Shown piece after piece: positions 39,389 through 48,635 of a stretch of DNA of 64,000 bases. Location of the stretch: assembly GCA_041576165.1 (NCBI GenBank), contig JBFGLM010000018.1, forward strand, positions 20,549-84,548, in the 5' to 3' direction. The stretch's first letter is position 1. Every line of letters starts with the position of its first letter. Both the position numbers and the translations under genes were made by a program. The stretch comes from Acidimicrobiia bacterium (GTDB taxonomy: Bacteria > Actinomycetota > Acidimicrobiia > Spongiisociales > Spongiisociaceae). Under the pieces are notes generated by a model. The model did not search any database and was not told where the DNA came from. It saw nothing but the letters and a program-made list of their open reading frames with translations.

Positions 39389-39988
39389 TTGAGTGATCCG
39401 GTGACTGAATCGGAACGCGATCGCTGGGATGGCCGGTACGCGTCAGGCGTGTACCAACCGAAGACCGAACCGTCGGAGTTCCTGGTTGACGCGATCAGGT
39501 TGATGCCGCCGGGACCCGCGCTCGTGCTCGCCTGCGGTGCCGGGCGCAATGCAATCCGACTGGCGGAGGCGGGCTTCGACGTGAAGGCAGTAGACATATC
39601 TTCGATCGCCATCGACGTGGCGCGGGCCGAGGCCGACCGGCGCGGTGTCTCTGTTGATTTCACGGTGGCCGACCTCGACGCCACCGAGCTTGAGCCCGGC
39701 ATCTATCGACTCGTGACGATGATCCGGTACGTGAACCGCGATTTGTGGCCGCGAGCGGTGAAGGCGCTTGCTCCGCATGGCTGGATGGTGATGGAACAAC
39801 ACCTCCGGACGCATCAGCAAGCGAATGGGCCTCAGGATGACGCCTTTCGGGTCGGGCCCGGTGAGCTGCTCACGGCACTCTCGATGTTGCGGACCGTGCA
39901 TTATTCGGAACGGTTGGAGGTGGCCGACGGTGATCGGCGGTGGGTGCTCGCCCGCTATCTCGGCTGCAACGGTGACCCGGGCTGGTGA
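39389..39988 (+). CDS. Class I SAM-dependent methyltransferase (TehB-like)
   Basis: RWDGRY, ALVLACGAGRNAIRLAEAGFDV.AVDIS, LAPHG; start uncertain (39383 or 39389). Confidence 0.85.
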   Translation: MSDPVTESERDRWDGRYASGVYQPKTEPSEFLVDAIRLMPPGPALVLACGAGRNAIRLAEAGFDVKAVDISSIAIDVARAEADRRGVSVDFTVADLDATELEPGIYRLVTMIRYVNRDLWPRAVKALAPHGWMVMEQHLRTHQQANGPQDDAFRVGPGELLTALSMLRTVHYSERLEVADGDRRWVLARYLGCNGDPGW

Positions 39989-40089
39989 CCAGCGGCCCTG
40001 TTACGCGCAAAAGGCACGGTACGTTGAATGCCTGTGTACACCAGAGTCCAGGGTTCGACAGGGGCTGGGCGCAACGGAGGCTCCCCGTG

Positions 40090-42051
40090 ACGGTGAGGCA
40101 GCCAATTCGATCACAACTTCGGTCGTCATCCGGGTGGGTGGGGCTGGCCGGCCTGGTGGCCGTCGCGCTGATGGTCACCTCGTGCGGTCAGCGAGCCGAA
40201 ACCGAGCCCGCGCCGGTATCCCTCGTCGCCGAGCCCACCACCACCGCAGTATCCAGTCCCAGCACGTCGGCCAACGCCGGCGGCACGGGCGCCACCGTTA
40301 CCGGCGTGCAGGCTTCTTCGACACCATCTCTGGTCCAGGTGGCGTTCCGGATCCGCGACGACTCGTTCGAGCTCGGAGCTGATGCCGGATGGCTGGGGGC
40401 GCTCAACCAGGATGTGACCGTCCCGGCGGAGACCACATTCCGGATCCGGGTCGAGATCGAGGAGGCGAATGGTGCCGGTATCGAATCGGCCTTTCTCTTG
40501 CAGTACCGGCACAGCGGTGGCGTATGGACCGATCTGCCCACCACCCGCCCGCTCGACGAGCGCGATCGGTCGGAGACACAGGGGGTCGAGTCGTGGCCGA
40601 CGTCTGAGTTTGCAGTTGGTGCTCCGACCGATGATCTGCTGGCCGGGTCCGATCGCGCGTTCGTGCCGGGCAGCGCAACGGCCGCACCATCCAACACCGC
40701 GGAAAGCGTGTTCCTGCAGGGCCAGCACACCGAGCTCGAGTGGTCGGTCCGGATCCACAAGTTCTTCGACGGCCCAGCCAGCAACCACGAAGGGGCGAGC
40801 TTCGAGTTTCGGGTGGTGCGGGCTGACGGCACGCCCCTCGACGCGTACGCCGCCGCGCCGATGCTGACGCTCGACTGGCCTGACGGGCTCGTCGGCGGGA
40901 CCTATGTAGAAAGCCCCCACCGACTCGGACCGTTTCGCGACACCAACGGCAATCTGTATTTCCCTGTCGAATACACAGAGACTGATGCAGAGTGGGCGAT
41001 GCTCAAATCGGAAGACGGCGGCAAGACCTGGACGCCGGTCGATGAAATCGGGGCGCCGAGCAGCGGCGATCTGGAAAGCGTCGACATCCAGCAGGTCGGA
41101 GACACACTTCACATCCTCCACACCGGCGGATCCACGGCCTCCCTTGACGTCCACTACTACACGTTCGCGATGTCGGATCACCCGGCTGCGCCCGACGCAT
41201 GGGGGCTCGACGAGCTGGTGGCCGGTGACTTCGCCGCCGGTGATCAGTCATCGTCGCTCGTTGTGCTGGCCGATGGCCGGGTGCGAGCATTCTTCCGCTA
41301 TGAAGACCGCGGCACGGATCGGATCGGCTATCGCACCCGGACGGTCGACGGGAGCTGGGAAACGATCACGACCGAGATCGACTCCGTGGCGGCCGACTTC
41401 ACCGACGTGGTTGCGGTGCCGTCGGCGGCCCGGCGGGACCTCGTGCACGTGTTCTACAACGACAACGCCAACGGCATGCTCTACCACCGGACGTTGGACG
41501 GCGAAGGAAGACTCACAGACCGGGTGCTGATCGCCTCCGGCACCGGTACGGAGGGCGAAGACGAGCAGCCGATCGTCCCGCCGGTCACCTGGAACGATGG
41601 CGCCGACATGGTGCTGGTCGGGTACTGGAGCGAATCATCCGGGAGGCGGCTGCGGGCTGCGGTCCTGCGCGATGGCGTCGTGGTTTCGGACCGGCGGTGG
41701 TCGGATGTGGTCCCTGCGCAGGATCGAGGCACGTCATCCCAGCCCGTTGCAGACCTGGCCGGCGACGGCGGCACCGTCTACGGCCTGTTTGCCGATGCCG
41801 GTCAGCCCGACCAGGTCTACGCCGACCTGAACGCCGGCGACACGAGCTGGGGGACCGACGTAGCGCAGTTCACAAACCCGTATGACGATTATGGCTGGAT
41901 TCGCGGGAACGTCTTCACCCATGCAGAACGCAACGGCGGCGCCCGGGTCTACGGCTTCGTATATGACACCGGGAACGAGGCCGCCCGGGTGGGCTACGGC
42001 ACCGGCTACATCCATTACCGGGAACTGACCCTCCCATTCGGGACGGGATAG
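40090..42051 (+). CDS. Lipoprotein, paralogue of the C-terminal ~570 aa of the 35310-39293 protein
   Basis: Lipobox LMVTS-C, Pro/Thr/Ser linker, then a near co-linear copy of the Asp-box domain (KSEDGGKTW); start uncertain. Confidence 0.82.
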   Translation, partial: TVRQPIRSQLRSSSGWVGLAGLVAVALMVTSCGQRAETEPAPVSLVAEPTTTAVSSPSTSANAGGTGATVTGVQASSTPSLVQVAFRIRDDSFELGADAGWLGALNQDVTVPAETTFRIRVEIEEANGAGIESAFLLQYRHSGGVWTDLPTTRPLDERDRSETQGVESWPTSEFAVGAPTDDLLAGSDRAFVPGSATAAPSNTAESVFLQGQHTELEWSVRIHKFFDGPASNHEGASFEFRVVRADGTPLDAYAAAPMLTLDWPDGLVGGTYVESPHRLGPFRDTNGNLYFPVEYTETDAEWAMLKSEDGGKTWTPVDEIGAPSSGDLESVDIQQVGDTLHILHTGGSTASLDVHYYTFAMSDHPAAPDAWGLDELVAGDFAAGDQSSSLVVLADGRVRAFFRYEDRGTDRIGYRTRTVDGSWETITTEIDSVAADFTDVVAVPSAARRDLVHVFYNDNANGMLYHRTLDGEGRLTDRVLIASGTGTEGEDEQPIVPPVTWNDGADMVLVGYWSESSGRRLRAAVLRDGVVVSDRRWSDVVPAQDRGTSSQPVADLAGDGGTVYGLFADAGQPDQVYADLNAGDTSWGTDVAQFTNPYDDYGWIRGNVFTHAERNGGARVYGFVYDTGNEAARVGYGTGYIHYRELTLPFGTG

Positions 42052-42250
42052 AGACACGAGTGAAAGAGCGCCGAATGGTTCGCCAGCCGGCGCTTGCCCG
42101 AGGGATCTCTCTCCGCCCCGGCGCCCCGCTGGCGGCCCGCAATCTCTCATGGACCCGTTACCTGACCGAGAAGTCTCGCTTCGGCGGCCCGGCCCTGATT
42201 AAGGCATTGACCTTCGCTGGGAATGGTGATGTACTGTCGCTTCACAACGC

Positions 42251-42331
42251 GCTCATCAAGAGCGGTGGAGGGACAGGCCCTGTGAAGCCGCGGCAACCGG
42301 ACGAGTACGGTGCCAATGCCTGTCGATGAGT
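42251..42331 (+). ncRNA. SAM-I (S-box) riboswitch aptamer, variant without P4
   Basis: P1 CTCATC/GATGAG, AAGAG, kink-turn GGAGGGACAGGCCC..GAAGCC, GGCAACC...GGTGCC P3, pseudoknot GACAGGC/GCCTGTC. Confidence 0.9.
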
Positions 42332-42601
42332 TCTAGCTGACGGCGGTTTTCCGCTCGCAGCGCTCGGAGAGCGCGTACAAGCGATTAGGAGCCAACGTGG
42401 AATCGTCGTTGATCGTACACCGCACGCCTCCTAGCCGGGCGCCCTGTCGGTGCTCTCGGGTGGTCGTTCATCGGGCGGGCCGCTGACGCCTGCGACACAA
42501 CGCCAGCCACCCGAGAGGCTTCGGGCCATCCCGCCTGATCCCGGCGTTCCCGCACGCGGACTGCGGTTCGCAGCAAATCGGTCAAGGAAGAAGGAGAGGT
42601 A

Positions 42602-43162
42602 ATGACCACAACCCAACAACCTGTCAACAACGGCGTCAACGTGCAAGCCCTGCTCGAGGCACGCCAAGCCCTCACCGATGCGCCCGAGGCGGCGCAATTC
42701 ACGTGGAGGGCGACCACCGAGTGGGCGGGCGGTACGCACAGCCAGTCCACCGTGGAGGGCTTCCACGGCCTGGGAGAGGAGCAGGCACACAAGACAACGT
42801 TCACCTTCTCGGCCGATCATCCAGAGATCTTCGCCTCGGAGGATTTGGGTGCCACTCCCGTCGAGCTCGTGCTGGTCGGCCTGGCCAGCTGCCTCACTGC
42901 CGGTGTTGCGTCGGTGGCGCAGAATCGTGAGATTCAGCTGAACTCGGTCAAGGCGACGATCGAGGGCGACATGGACATCCTTGGCATCCTCGGGGCCGAT
43001 CCCGAGGTCAGGAACGGTTTCAGCGGAATCCGCGTCAACTACGAAATCGACGCTGACGCGACCCAGCAGGAGATCGAAGCGCTGGTGGCGCAATCCCAGA
43101 AGCGCTCGGCGGTGTTCGACGTGGTCACCAACCCGACCAACGTCACCGTCAGCGTCAACTGA
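42602..43162 (+). CDS. OsmC/Ohr-like protein
   Basis: NGVNV, QFTWRA..EW, ADHP, GATPVEL.L..LASCLTAG, RSAVFD; AAGGAG RBS. Confidence 0.9.
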   Translation: MTTTQQPVNNGVNVQALLEARQALTDAPEAAQFTWRATTEWAGGTHSQSTVEGFHGLGEEQAHKTTFTFSADHPEIFASEDLGATPVELVLVGLASCLTAGVASVAQNREIQLNSVKATIEGDMDILGILGADPEVRNGFSGIRVNYEIDADATQQEIEALVAQSQKRSAVFDVVTNPTNVTVSVN

Positions 43163-43178
43163 GTCCAGTCCCGGCATC

Positions 43179-44444
43179 GTGTACATCCCGGCGGTAGTCA
43201 TCGGGGCCGGCCATGCCGGCCTGGCGATCAGCCATGGTCTGACCGAGCGGTCGGTGGACCATGTCGTGCTCGAACGCGGCGAGGTGGCCCAGACGTGGCG
43301 GAGCGAACGGTGGGACTCTCTCCGCTTGCTCACGCCCAACTGGCAAAGCCGCCTCCCCGGCTTCGCGTATGACGGTGATGACCCCGATGGGTTCATGACG
43401 ATGCCCGACGTGGTCCACTTCATCGAAAGCTATGCCAAAGCAATCGACGCGCCCGTGCGTCCCCATACGACCGTTGAGTCGGTGAGGCGGGCTGCGCGTG
43501 GCTACGAGGTGATCACCACCAGCGGGACTTGGGATTGCTCAGCCGTGGTCGTGGCGTCGGGCGGCTTCAATCTGGCAAGAATGCCGCCCGCCGCCGCGGA
43601 CCTGCCGACCGGTGTCGATTCCGTCACACCGCTGGAGTATCGACGCCCCGACCAGCTGCGCGATGGCGGGGTGCTCGTCGTGGGTGCGTCGGCCAGCGGC
43701 GTGCAGATCGCCGACGAGATCCAGCGGTCGGGACGGCCGGTCACCATGGCGGTAGGGGAACACGTGCGCATGCCTCGTACCTACCGTGGCAAGGACGTCC
43801 TGTGGTGGATGGAGGTCACGGGACGCTTCGACGAGCGCTACGACGAGGTCGACGACCTCGTGCGGGCCCGCCATGTGCCTTCGCCGCAGCTGGTGGGCAC
43901 GCCGGAACGGGCCACTCTGGACCTCAACACGCTGACGTCCGCCGGGGCAAACCTGGTGGGCCGGATCACCGCCATCACCGATGGCACCGCCCACTTCTCC
44001 GGGTCATTGCGCAATGTGTGCACGCTGGCCGACCTCAAGCTCGTGCGGCTGCTCGACGAGTTCGACGAGTGGGCAATCCAGGACGGAATCGATGATGAGG
44101 TGGGACCCCCCGAGCGTCATGCGCCCACGCGAGTGGACGAGGCACCGCGCCTGTCGATGGATTTGGGTCGGGAAGTCACGACGGTGATATGGGCGACTGG
44201 CTACCGGTCTGACTATTCATGGTTGCACATACCGGTGCTGGACCGAAAGGGTGAGTTACGCCATGACGGAGGTGTGGTCGTTGAGTCACCCGGCCTCTAC
44301 CGGATCGGGCTGAACTTTCTGCGCCGCCGGAAGTCGAGCTTCATCCACGGCGCCGAAGACGACGCGCGGTATATCACGAATCACCTGGCGGCGCATCTCC
44401 GCGCGAACCGCTCGACCCAGCTGATCGCCACACGGCGTTCCTGA
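43179..44444 (+). CDS. FAD/NAD(P)-dependent oxidoreductase (flavin monooxygenase-like, CzcO/MSMEG_0569 type)
   Basis: VIGAGHAGL, WRSERWDSL.LLTPNW, VVGASASGVQIA, IWATGY. Confidence 0.88.
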   Translation: MYIPAVVIGAGHAGLAISHGLTERSVDHVVLERGEVAQTWRSERWDSLRLLTPNWQSRLPGFAYDGDDPDGFMTMPDVVHFIESYAKAIDAPVRPHTTVESVRRAARGYEVITTSGTWDCSAVVVASGGFNLARMPPAAADLPTGVDSVTPLEYRRPDQLRDGGVLVVGASASGVQIADEIQRSGRPVTMAVGEHVRMPRTYRGKDVLWWMEVTGRFDERYDEVDDLVRARHVPSPQLVGTPERATLDLNTLTSAGANLVGRITAITDGTAHFSGSLRNVCTLADLKLVRLLDEFDEWAIQDGIDDEVGPPERHAPTRVDEAPRLSMDLGREVTTVIWATGYRSDYSWLHIPVLDRKGELRHDGGVVVESPGLYRIGLNFLRRRKSSFIHGAEDDARYITNHLAAHLRANRSTQLIATRRS

Positions 44445-44555
44445 GCACCACGGGTCCCTGGTCGGCGCGAACCGCCACCAGGCCCACCTGGCATTCGCTA
44501 GACAAGGAGACGGTGCGTCCGGCGAGGCGCGGAACGCCAGCAAAAGGGTGGTGTC

Positions 44556-45392
44556 ATGGAAGTGTCGACGGCTGAGCTGACAGAGCGCGCAGGCCGCTTC
44601 CGGGCGTTACATGAGCGTCCGGGCACATTCATTCTGCCCAACCCCTGGGACGCGGGTACTGCCCGGCTGCTCGAAGTGAGCGGATTCGCAGCGCTGGCGA
44701 CCACCGGGGCGGGCTACGCCTTTTCCACCGGGCGTCGTGACGGGACCGTCCCGCGGCCCGAAATGCTGGACCACATCCGCACCTTGGTCGCGGCCACGAC
44801 CTTGCCGATCAGCGCCGACCTCGAAGACGGCTACGGCGACGATCCCGCCGTGGTGGCCGAGACCATCCGAGCCGCCGCGGCGGCGGGGGCGGTCGGAGGG
44901 TCGATCGAGGATCGGGCGTACCGATCCGAGCACCGGGGCCTGTACGAGCTGGATCACGCAGTCGAGCGCATCCAGGCCGCGGTCGAGGCGAAGAACAGTC
45001 TTCCCTTCCCCTTCACGCTGACCGCCCGGTGCGAGACCTACCTCGTCGGCCGGCCCAGCCTCGACGACTCCATCCGCCGGCTCCAGGCCTACGAGCAGGC
45101 TGGAGCAGATGTGCTCTATGCCCCCGGAGTCGTGTCACGAGCAGAGATCAAGACCCTCGTGGCGGCGCTCGACCGCCCGGTGAACGTTGTGATGGGGCTG
45201 GTCGGTGACCCGATGAGCTGCGCGGAGCTGGCTGAGATCGGCGTGAAGAGGATCAGCCTCGGGAGTACCCTGGCCCGAGTCGCCCTCGGTGCCTTGATTC
45301 GGGCGGCAGACGAGCTGCAGACGACAGGCACCTTCTCGTTTGCCTCAGATGCGATCGACTATGCCCGCCTCACCGAGAGTCTCGATCGGTAG
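44556..45392 (+). CDS. Isocitrate lyase/PEP mutase family protein
   Basis: FRALH, PNPWDAGTA, ADLEDGYG, GGSIED, AGADVLYAPG, RISLG. Confidence 0.92.
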   Translation: MEVSTAELTERAGRFRALHERPGTFILPNPWDAGTARLLEVSGFAALATTGAGYAFSTGRRDGTVPRPEMLDHIRTLVAATTLPISADLEDGYGDDPAVVAETIRAAAAAGAVGGSIEDRAYRSEHRGLYELDHAVERIQAAVEAKNSLPFPFTLTARCETYLVGRPSLDDSIRRLQAYEQAGADVLYAPGVVSRAEIKTLVAALDRPVNVVMGLVGDPMSCAELAEIGVKRISLGSTLARVALGALIRAADELQTTGTFSFASDAIDYARLTESLDR

Positions 45393-45484
45393 CTCAGCCG
45401 AGCCCCTTGGGCTTGCCGCCTCTAACCTGGCGCTTAGGTTGCCGGTGCACACTTCCGGGTACGAGTCGACCGAGGATGCGGCCA

Positions 45485-46381
45485 ATGACCCCCGACCTAA
45501 CTGACGAACCCCACGACGATTTCGGCGGCTTACAGCGCGACCTGCCCGTTTTGTTGGGACGGCGGGATGCCCTGCGCTGGTTGGGAGGTGCCAGCCTGGC
45601 CGGCCTCCTGGCAGCGTGCGGCATCAACTCCAGCCGCCCGTCTACCGCCCCACCGACGACCGGTACTTCGCCGACCACGGCCGCCGGGGTGTCCGGGCCG
45701 ACGGACGCCACTGCCGCCCTGACGACACCCACCACAGCCGCGCCGGATCCCTCCGTCGCCGGCCCGGGAGACGAGATTCCCAATGAGACTCCCGGCCCGT
45801 TCCCGGCCGACGGCTCCAACGGCCCCAACGTGTTCGTCGAAGAAGGTGTTGCCCGGGTCGATCTCACCTCGAGCTTCGGGCCGCTATCGGGTGTGGCGGA
45901 GGGAATTCCCACCAACTTGCGACTCACGGTTGTCGAGGCCGAGACCGGCGATCCCATCCGCGGGGCGATCGTCTACCTCTGGCATTGCACGGCGGATGGT
46001 CGCTACTCCATCTACGAGATCGCCGACCAAAACTACTTGCGGGGGGTGCAGGCATCTGACGACGCCGGCCGCGTGACCTTCGCGACGATCTTCCCCGGGT
46101 GCTACCCGGGGAGATGGCCGCACTGCCATTTCGAGGTGTACCCATCGATGGCCGGTGCCAGCGCCGGATCGACCCCGCTGAAGACTTCGCAGCTCGCGCT
46201 GCCTCAGGCAGATTGCGAAGCCGTGTTCGCCGATCCCCGGTACGGCGACAGTGCGGCCAACCTGGCCCGTCTGTCGCTCGCCGGCGACATCGTGTTTCGA
46301 GACGGATGGGCCGACCAGCTGGCAACCGTTTCTGGCTCACCGTCGGATGGGTATACGGCCTCGCTGCTCGCGAGGGTGTGA
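45485..46381 (+). CDS. Tat-exported lipoprotein, intradiol ring-cleavage dioxygenase-like
   Basis: GRRDAL...LLAAC; ETPGPFPADG, WHC..DGRYS, LRGVQ, YPGRWPHCHF. Confidence 0.88.
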   Translation: MTPDLTDEPHDDFGGLQRDLPVLLGRRDALRWLGGASLAGLLAACGINSSRPSTAPPTTGTSPTTAAGVSGPTDATAALTTPTTAAPDPSVAGPGDEIPNETPGPFPADGSNGPNVFVEEGVARVDLTSSFGPLSGVAEGIPTNLRLTVVEAETGDPIRGAIVYLWHCTADGRYSIYEIADQNYLRGVQASDDAGRVTFATIFPGCYPGRWPHCHFEVYPSMAGASAGSTPLKTSQLALPQADCEAVFADPRYGDSAANLARLSLAGDIVFRDGWADQLATVSGSPSDGYTASLLARV

Positions 46382-46670
46382 ACAAGCCAGCGCTGGTGCC
46401 TGTAGTCGATTGGCTCTATCGGTCTGCCGCAGGACGTCGTGACGGGCCGCCCAGGCGAGCCCCACGCCGGCCCCGCCTCCCAGGACAGCGAGATACTAGA
46501 GCGGACTGGGAAGGTCGGAACGGGAGTCGGCCACCGGTTGTGTTGTCGAAACCAGACCCTGGGTTCCTCGATCCTTCGTCCTTTCTGCTGTTCGCCCATG
46601 CGAGTACACCGGTGACGTCTGGCGAGTTCTACGGAAGCCGGTAGACGTCCTCGATGCCCTCATCTGAGAG

Positions 46671-46716
46671 ATTGTCCGGACTTTTCTGGACACCATCTGC
46701 TAAAAGTCCGTACAAT
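46671..46716 (+). promoter_or_regulatory. 15-bp inverted repeat overlapping a sigmaA-like promoter
   Basis: ATTGTCCGGACTTTT-N16-AAAAGTCCGTACAAT (14/15 match); TGGACA-N18-TACAAT. Confidence 0.6.
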
Positions 46717-46743
46717 TGTCGGCTCCGACGTGGAGGTTGTGCT

Positions 46744-47220
46744 GTGTTCGATCTGCTACCCGACCGGGTGCCGTGGTACGTGGTGGGGCCGGCCCTTGGT
46801 CTGTTGATCGTTGGCTTGTTCCGATTGGCCAACCAGCCGCTGGGGGCGAGCGGGGCATATGTGCAGACTTCGTGGCTGCTGCAGCGGCGCTCCAACGTCG
46901 CAGTGTGGCGGGTTTGGTACTTCGCCGGGATGTTCACTGGCGGCCTGCTGGTGACGCAGGTGTTGCGGGACGCCGCCCTACGTTCGGGTTACGACGCCAT
47001 GGTGGCCGTGTGGCCGTTGTGGTTCGTCGTTCCGCTCGTCTTCGTCGGTTCTGTCGTGATGGGGTACGGTGCCGGGACGGCCGGCGGCTGCACCTCGGGA
47101 CATGGTCTGTGCGGCACGGCGCAACGCTCGGCCGCCTCGTTGGCCGTGACTGGAACATTCATGGCGACTGCGATCGCAACAACGTTCGTGTTGCGCATCA
47201 TCACGGGAGGCTCGTTGTGA
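46744..47220 (+). CDS. YeeE/YedE family sulfur transporter component
   Basis: LGASG, GGCTSGHGLCG; hydrophobic; GGAGG RBS. Confidence 0.88.
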   Translation: MFDLLPDRVPWYVVGPALGLLIVGLFRLANQPLGASGAYVQTSWLLQRRSNVAVWRVWYFAGMFTGGLLVTQVLRDAALRSGYDAMVAVWPLWFVVPLVFVGSVVMGYGAGTAGGCTSGHGLCGTAQRSAASLAVTGTFMATAIATTFVLRIITGGSL

Positions 47221-47675
47221 GCTCGCGCAACCTGAACCTGACCGGCCTGCTGTTCGGGATTGCCTTTGGCGGCTTGATTGCGGCGGCCCGCCTCCACGAA
47301 TACGACACCATCCACGCAATGCTGCGGCTCGATGAGCCCGACGTGTTCCTGTTGATGGCCTCGGCGATCGGGGTTTCGGCGCCAATGCTGTGGTGGCTCG
47401 AGCGAAACAAAGCCAACACGCCGCTCGGCGGCCGGCTCACGCTGGCCCGTTCCCGTCCGGCCGCGCATCACATTCGGGGCGGTGCACTGTTCGGTGTCGG
47501 ATGGGCGATCGCGGGCACCTGCCCGGCGCCGGCGCTGGTCATGGTCTCATCCGGAGCCCTGCTGGGGCTGATTGCGATGGCCGGCATATTCCTCGGCTTG
47601 CACATGCGGGAGCGGCAGATGCCGGCGGTGGCGCCGGCGCGGGCAGAGCCCGGCCAGCCGGTGGCCACCCGCTGA
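47217..47675 (+). CDS. YeeE/YedE family partner (DUF6691-like)
   Basis: GLLFGIAFG...GGALFGVGWAIAGTCPAP; GTGA overlap with the previous gene. Confidence 0.88.
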   Translation: MSSRNLNLTGLLFGIAFGGLIAAARLHEYDTIHAMLRLDEPDVFLLMASAIGVSAPMLWWLERNKANTPLGGRLTLARSRPAAHHIRGGALFGVGWAIAGTCPAPALVMVSSGALLGLIAMAGIFLGLHMRERQMPAVAPARAEPGQPVATR

Positions 47676-47701
47676 GGACTGAGACCGGGGATCGCGTTTC
47701 T

Positions 47702-48049
47702 TCACACAGCCGTCGAGTGACGCGGCTCGTAGAGGAGGACCTTCACGTCGCCGGGCAGCACCATCGTTGTCACGACGCCCCAGCCAACGTGGGTGGGTGT
47801 GCCTTCGAAGACGATGTCCTGCGTGGTCAGTTCGGCGACGGTGGCTTCGATGTCATCACACATGAACGACAGCTCGTGGCTGGCGGGTCCATCGGTCGGA
47901 TGAACCCCGAGCTCGGCCGGCGGGAGCCGGAATATCAGCCAGCCGTCGCCGTCGTCGACATGGTCGAAACCGAGCACATCACGCAACACCGTCCGGAGCG
48001 CTTCGGCCTCCTTCGAATAGAACAGTGCGTGTGTCCCGGTGATTGGCAA
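47702..48049 (-). CDS. VOC/glyoxalase family protein
   Basis: HALFYS, RDVLG, GWLIF.LPPAELGVHP, LYEPRH. Confidence 0.88.
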   Translation of the reverse strand: MPITGTHALFYSKEAEALRTVLRDVLGFDHVDDGDGWLIFRLPPAELGVHPTDGPASHELSFMCDDIEATVAELTTQDIVFEGTPTHVGWGVVTTMVLPGDVKVLLYEPRHSTAV

Positions 48050-48150
48050 TCGTCCCTCCTCGTCACCAGCAGCCTATGCCAAACAATCAGCCAGCCCGGT
48101 CCGGCAGCGACCCGAGCTGCGGATTAGCCTCGACTCAGGAGGTGGTTGGG

Positions 48151-48606
48151 ATGATGGACATGATCGTCAGCCGGGAAGTGGGGGCGTCACCTGAACGGGT
48201 CTGGGAGGTGGTTACGGACCTGAGAGGGGCGGCAGATCGGATCTCGGCGATCAGCCAGATCGACATCGTCGATGGCGGCGAGGAATTCGGCGTCGGCACG
48301 ACGTGGCGAGAGACCCGCCAGATGTTCGGACGGGAGACCACCGAGGTCATGGAGGTGACGGCGGTCGACCCGGGTCGTTCGTACACCGTCGAATCAGACG
48401 GTCGCGGCGCCCACTATCGGTCGGTGATCACGGTTGAGCCCCACAACGGGCATACGAATCTCTCGATGACGTTTGGCGGTGAGCCGGAGGGAGCATTGGG
48501 CAAGGTGATGGCGGCAACGGTCGGCCGACTGTTCACGGGTGCGACCCGCAAGGCGCTCGAGCAGGACCTTGCCGACATTGCGACCGCAGCCGAGGCGGGC
48601 GGTTAG
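48151..48606 (+). CDS. SRPBCC/polyketide cyclase family protein
   Basis: ASPERVWEVVTD, GVGTTWRETR, DLADI; AGGAGG RBS. Confidence 0.88.
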   Translation: MMDMIVSREVGASPERVWEVVTDLRGAADRISAISQIDIVDGGEEFGVGTTWRETRQMFGRETTEVMEVTAVDPGRSYTVESDGRGAHYRSVITVEPHNGHTNLSMTFGGEPEGALGKVMAATVGRLFTGATRKALEQDLADIATAAEAGG

Positions 48607-48635
48607 AGCCGCGCCCGGGTGCGGGGCGCGGTCAA

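Noticed and set aside
46382-46670. Small ORFs in the dioxygenase-YeeE intergenic region
   Set aside because: No recognisable family or coding-like composition
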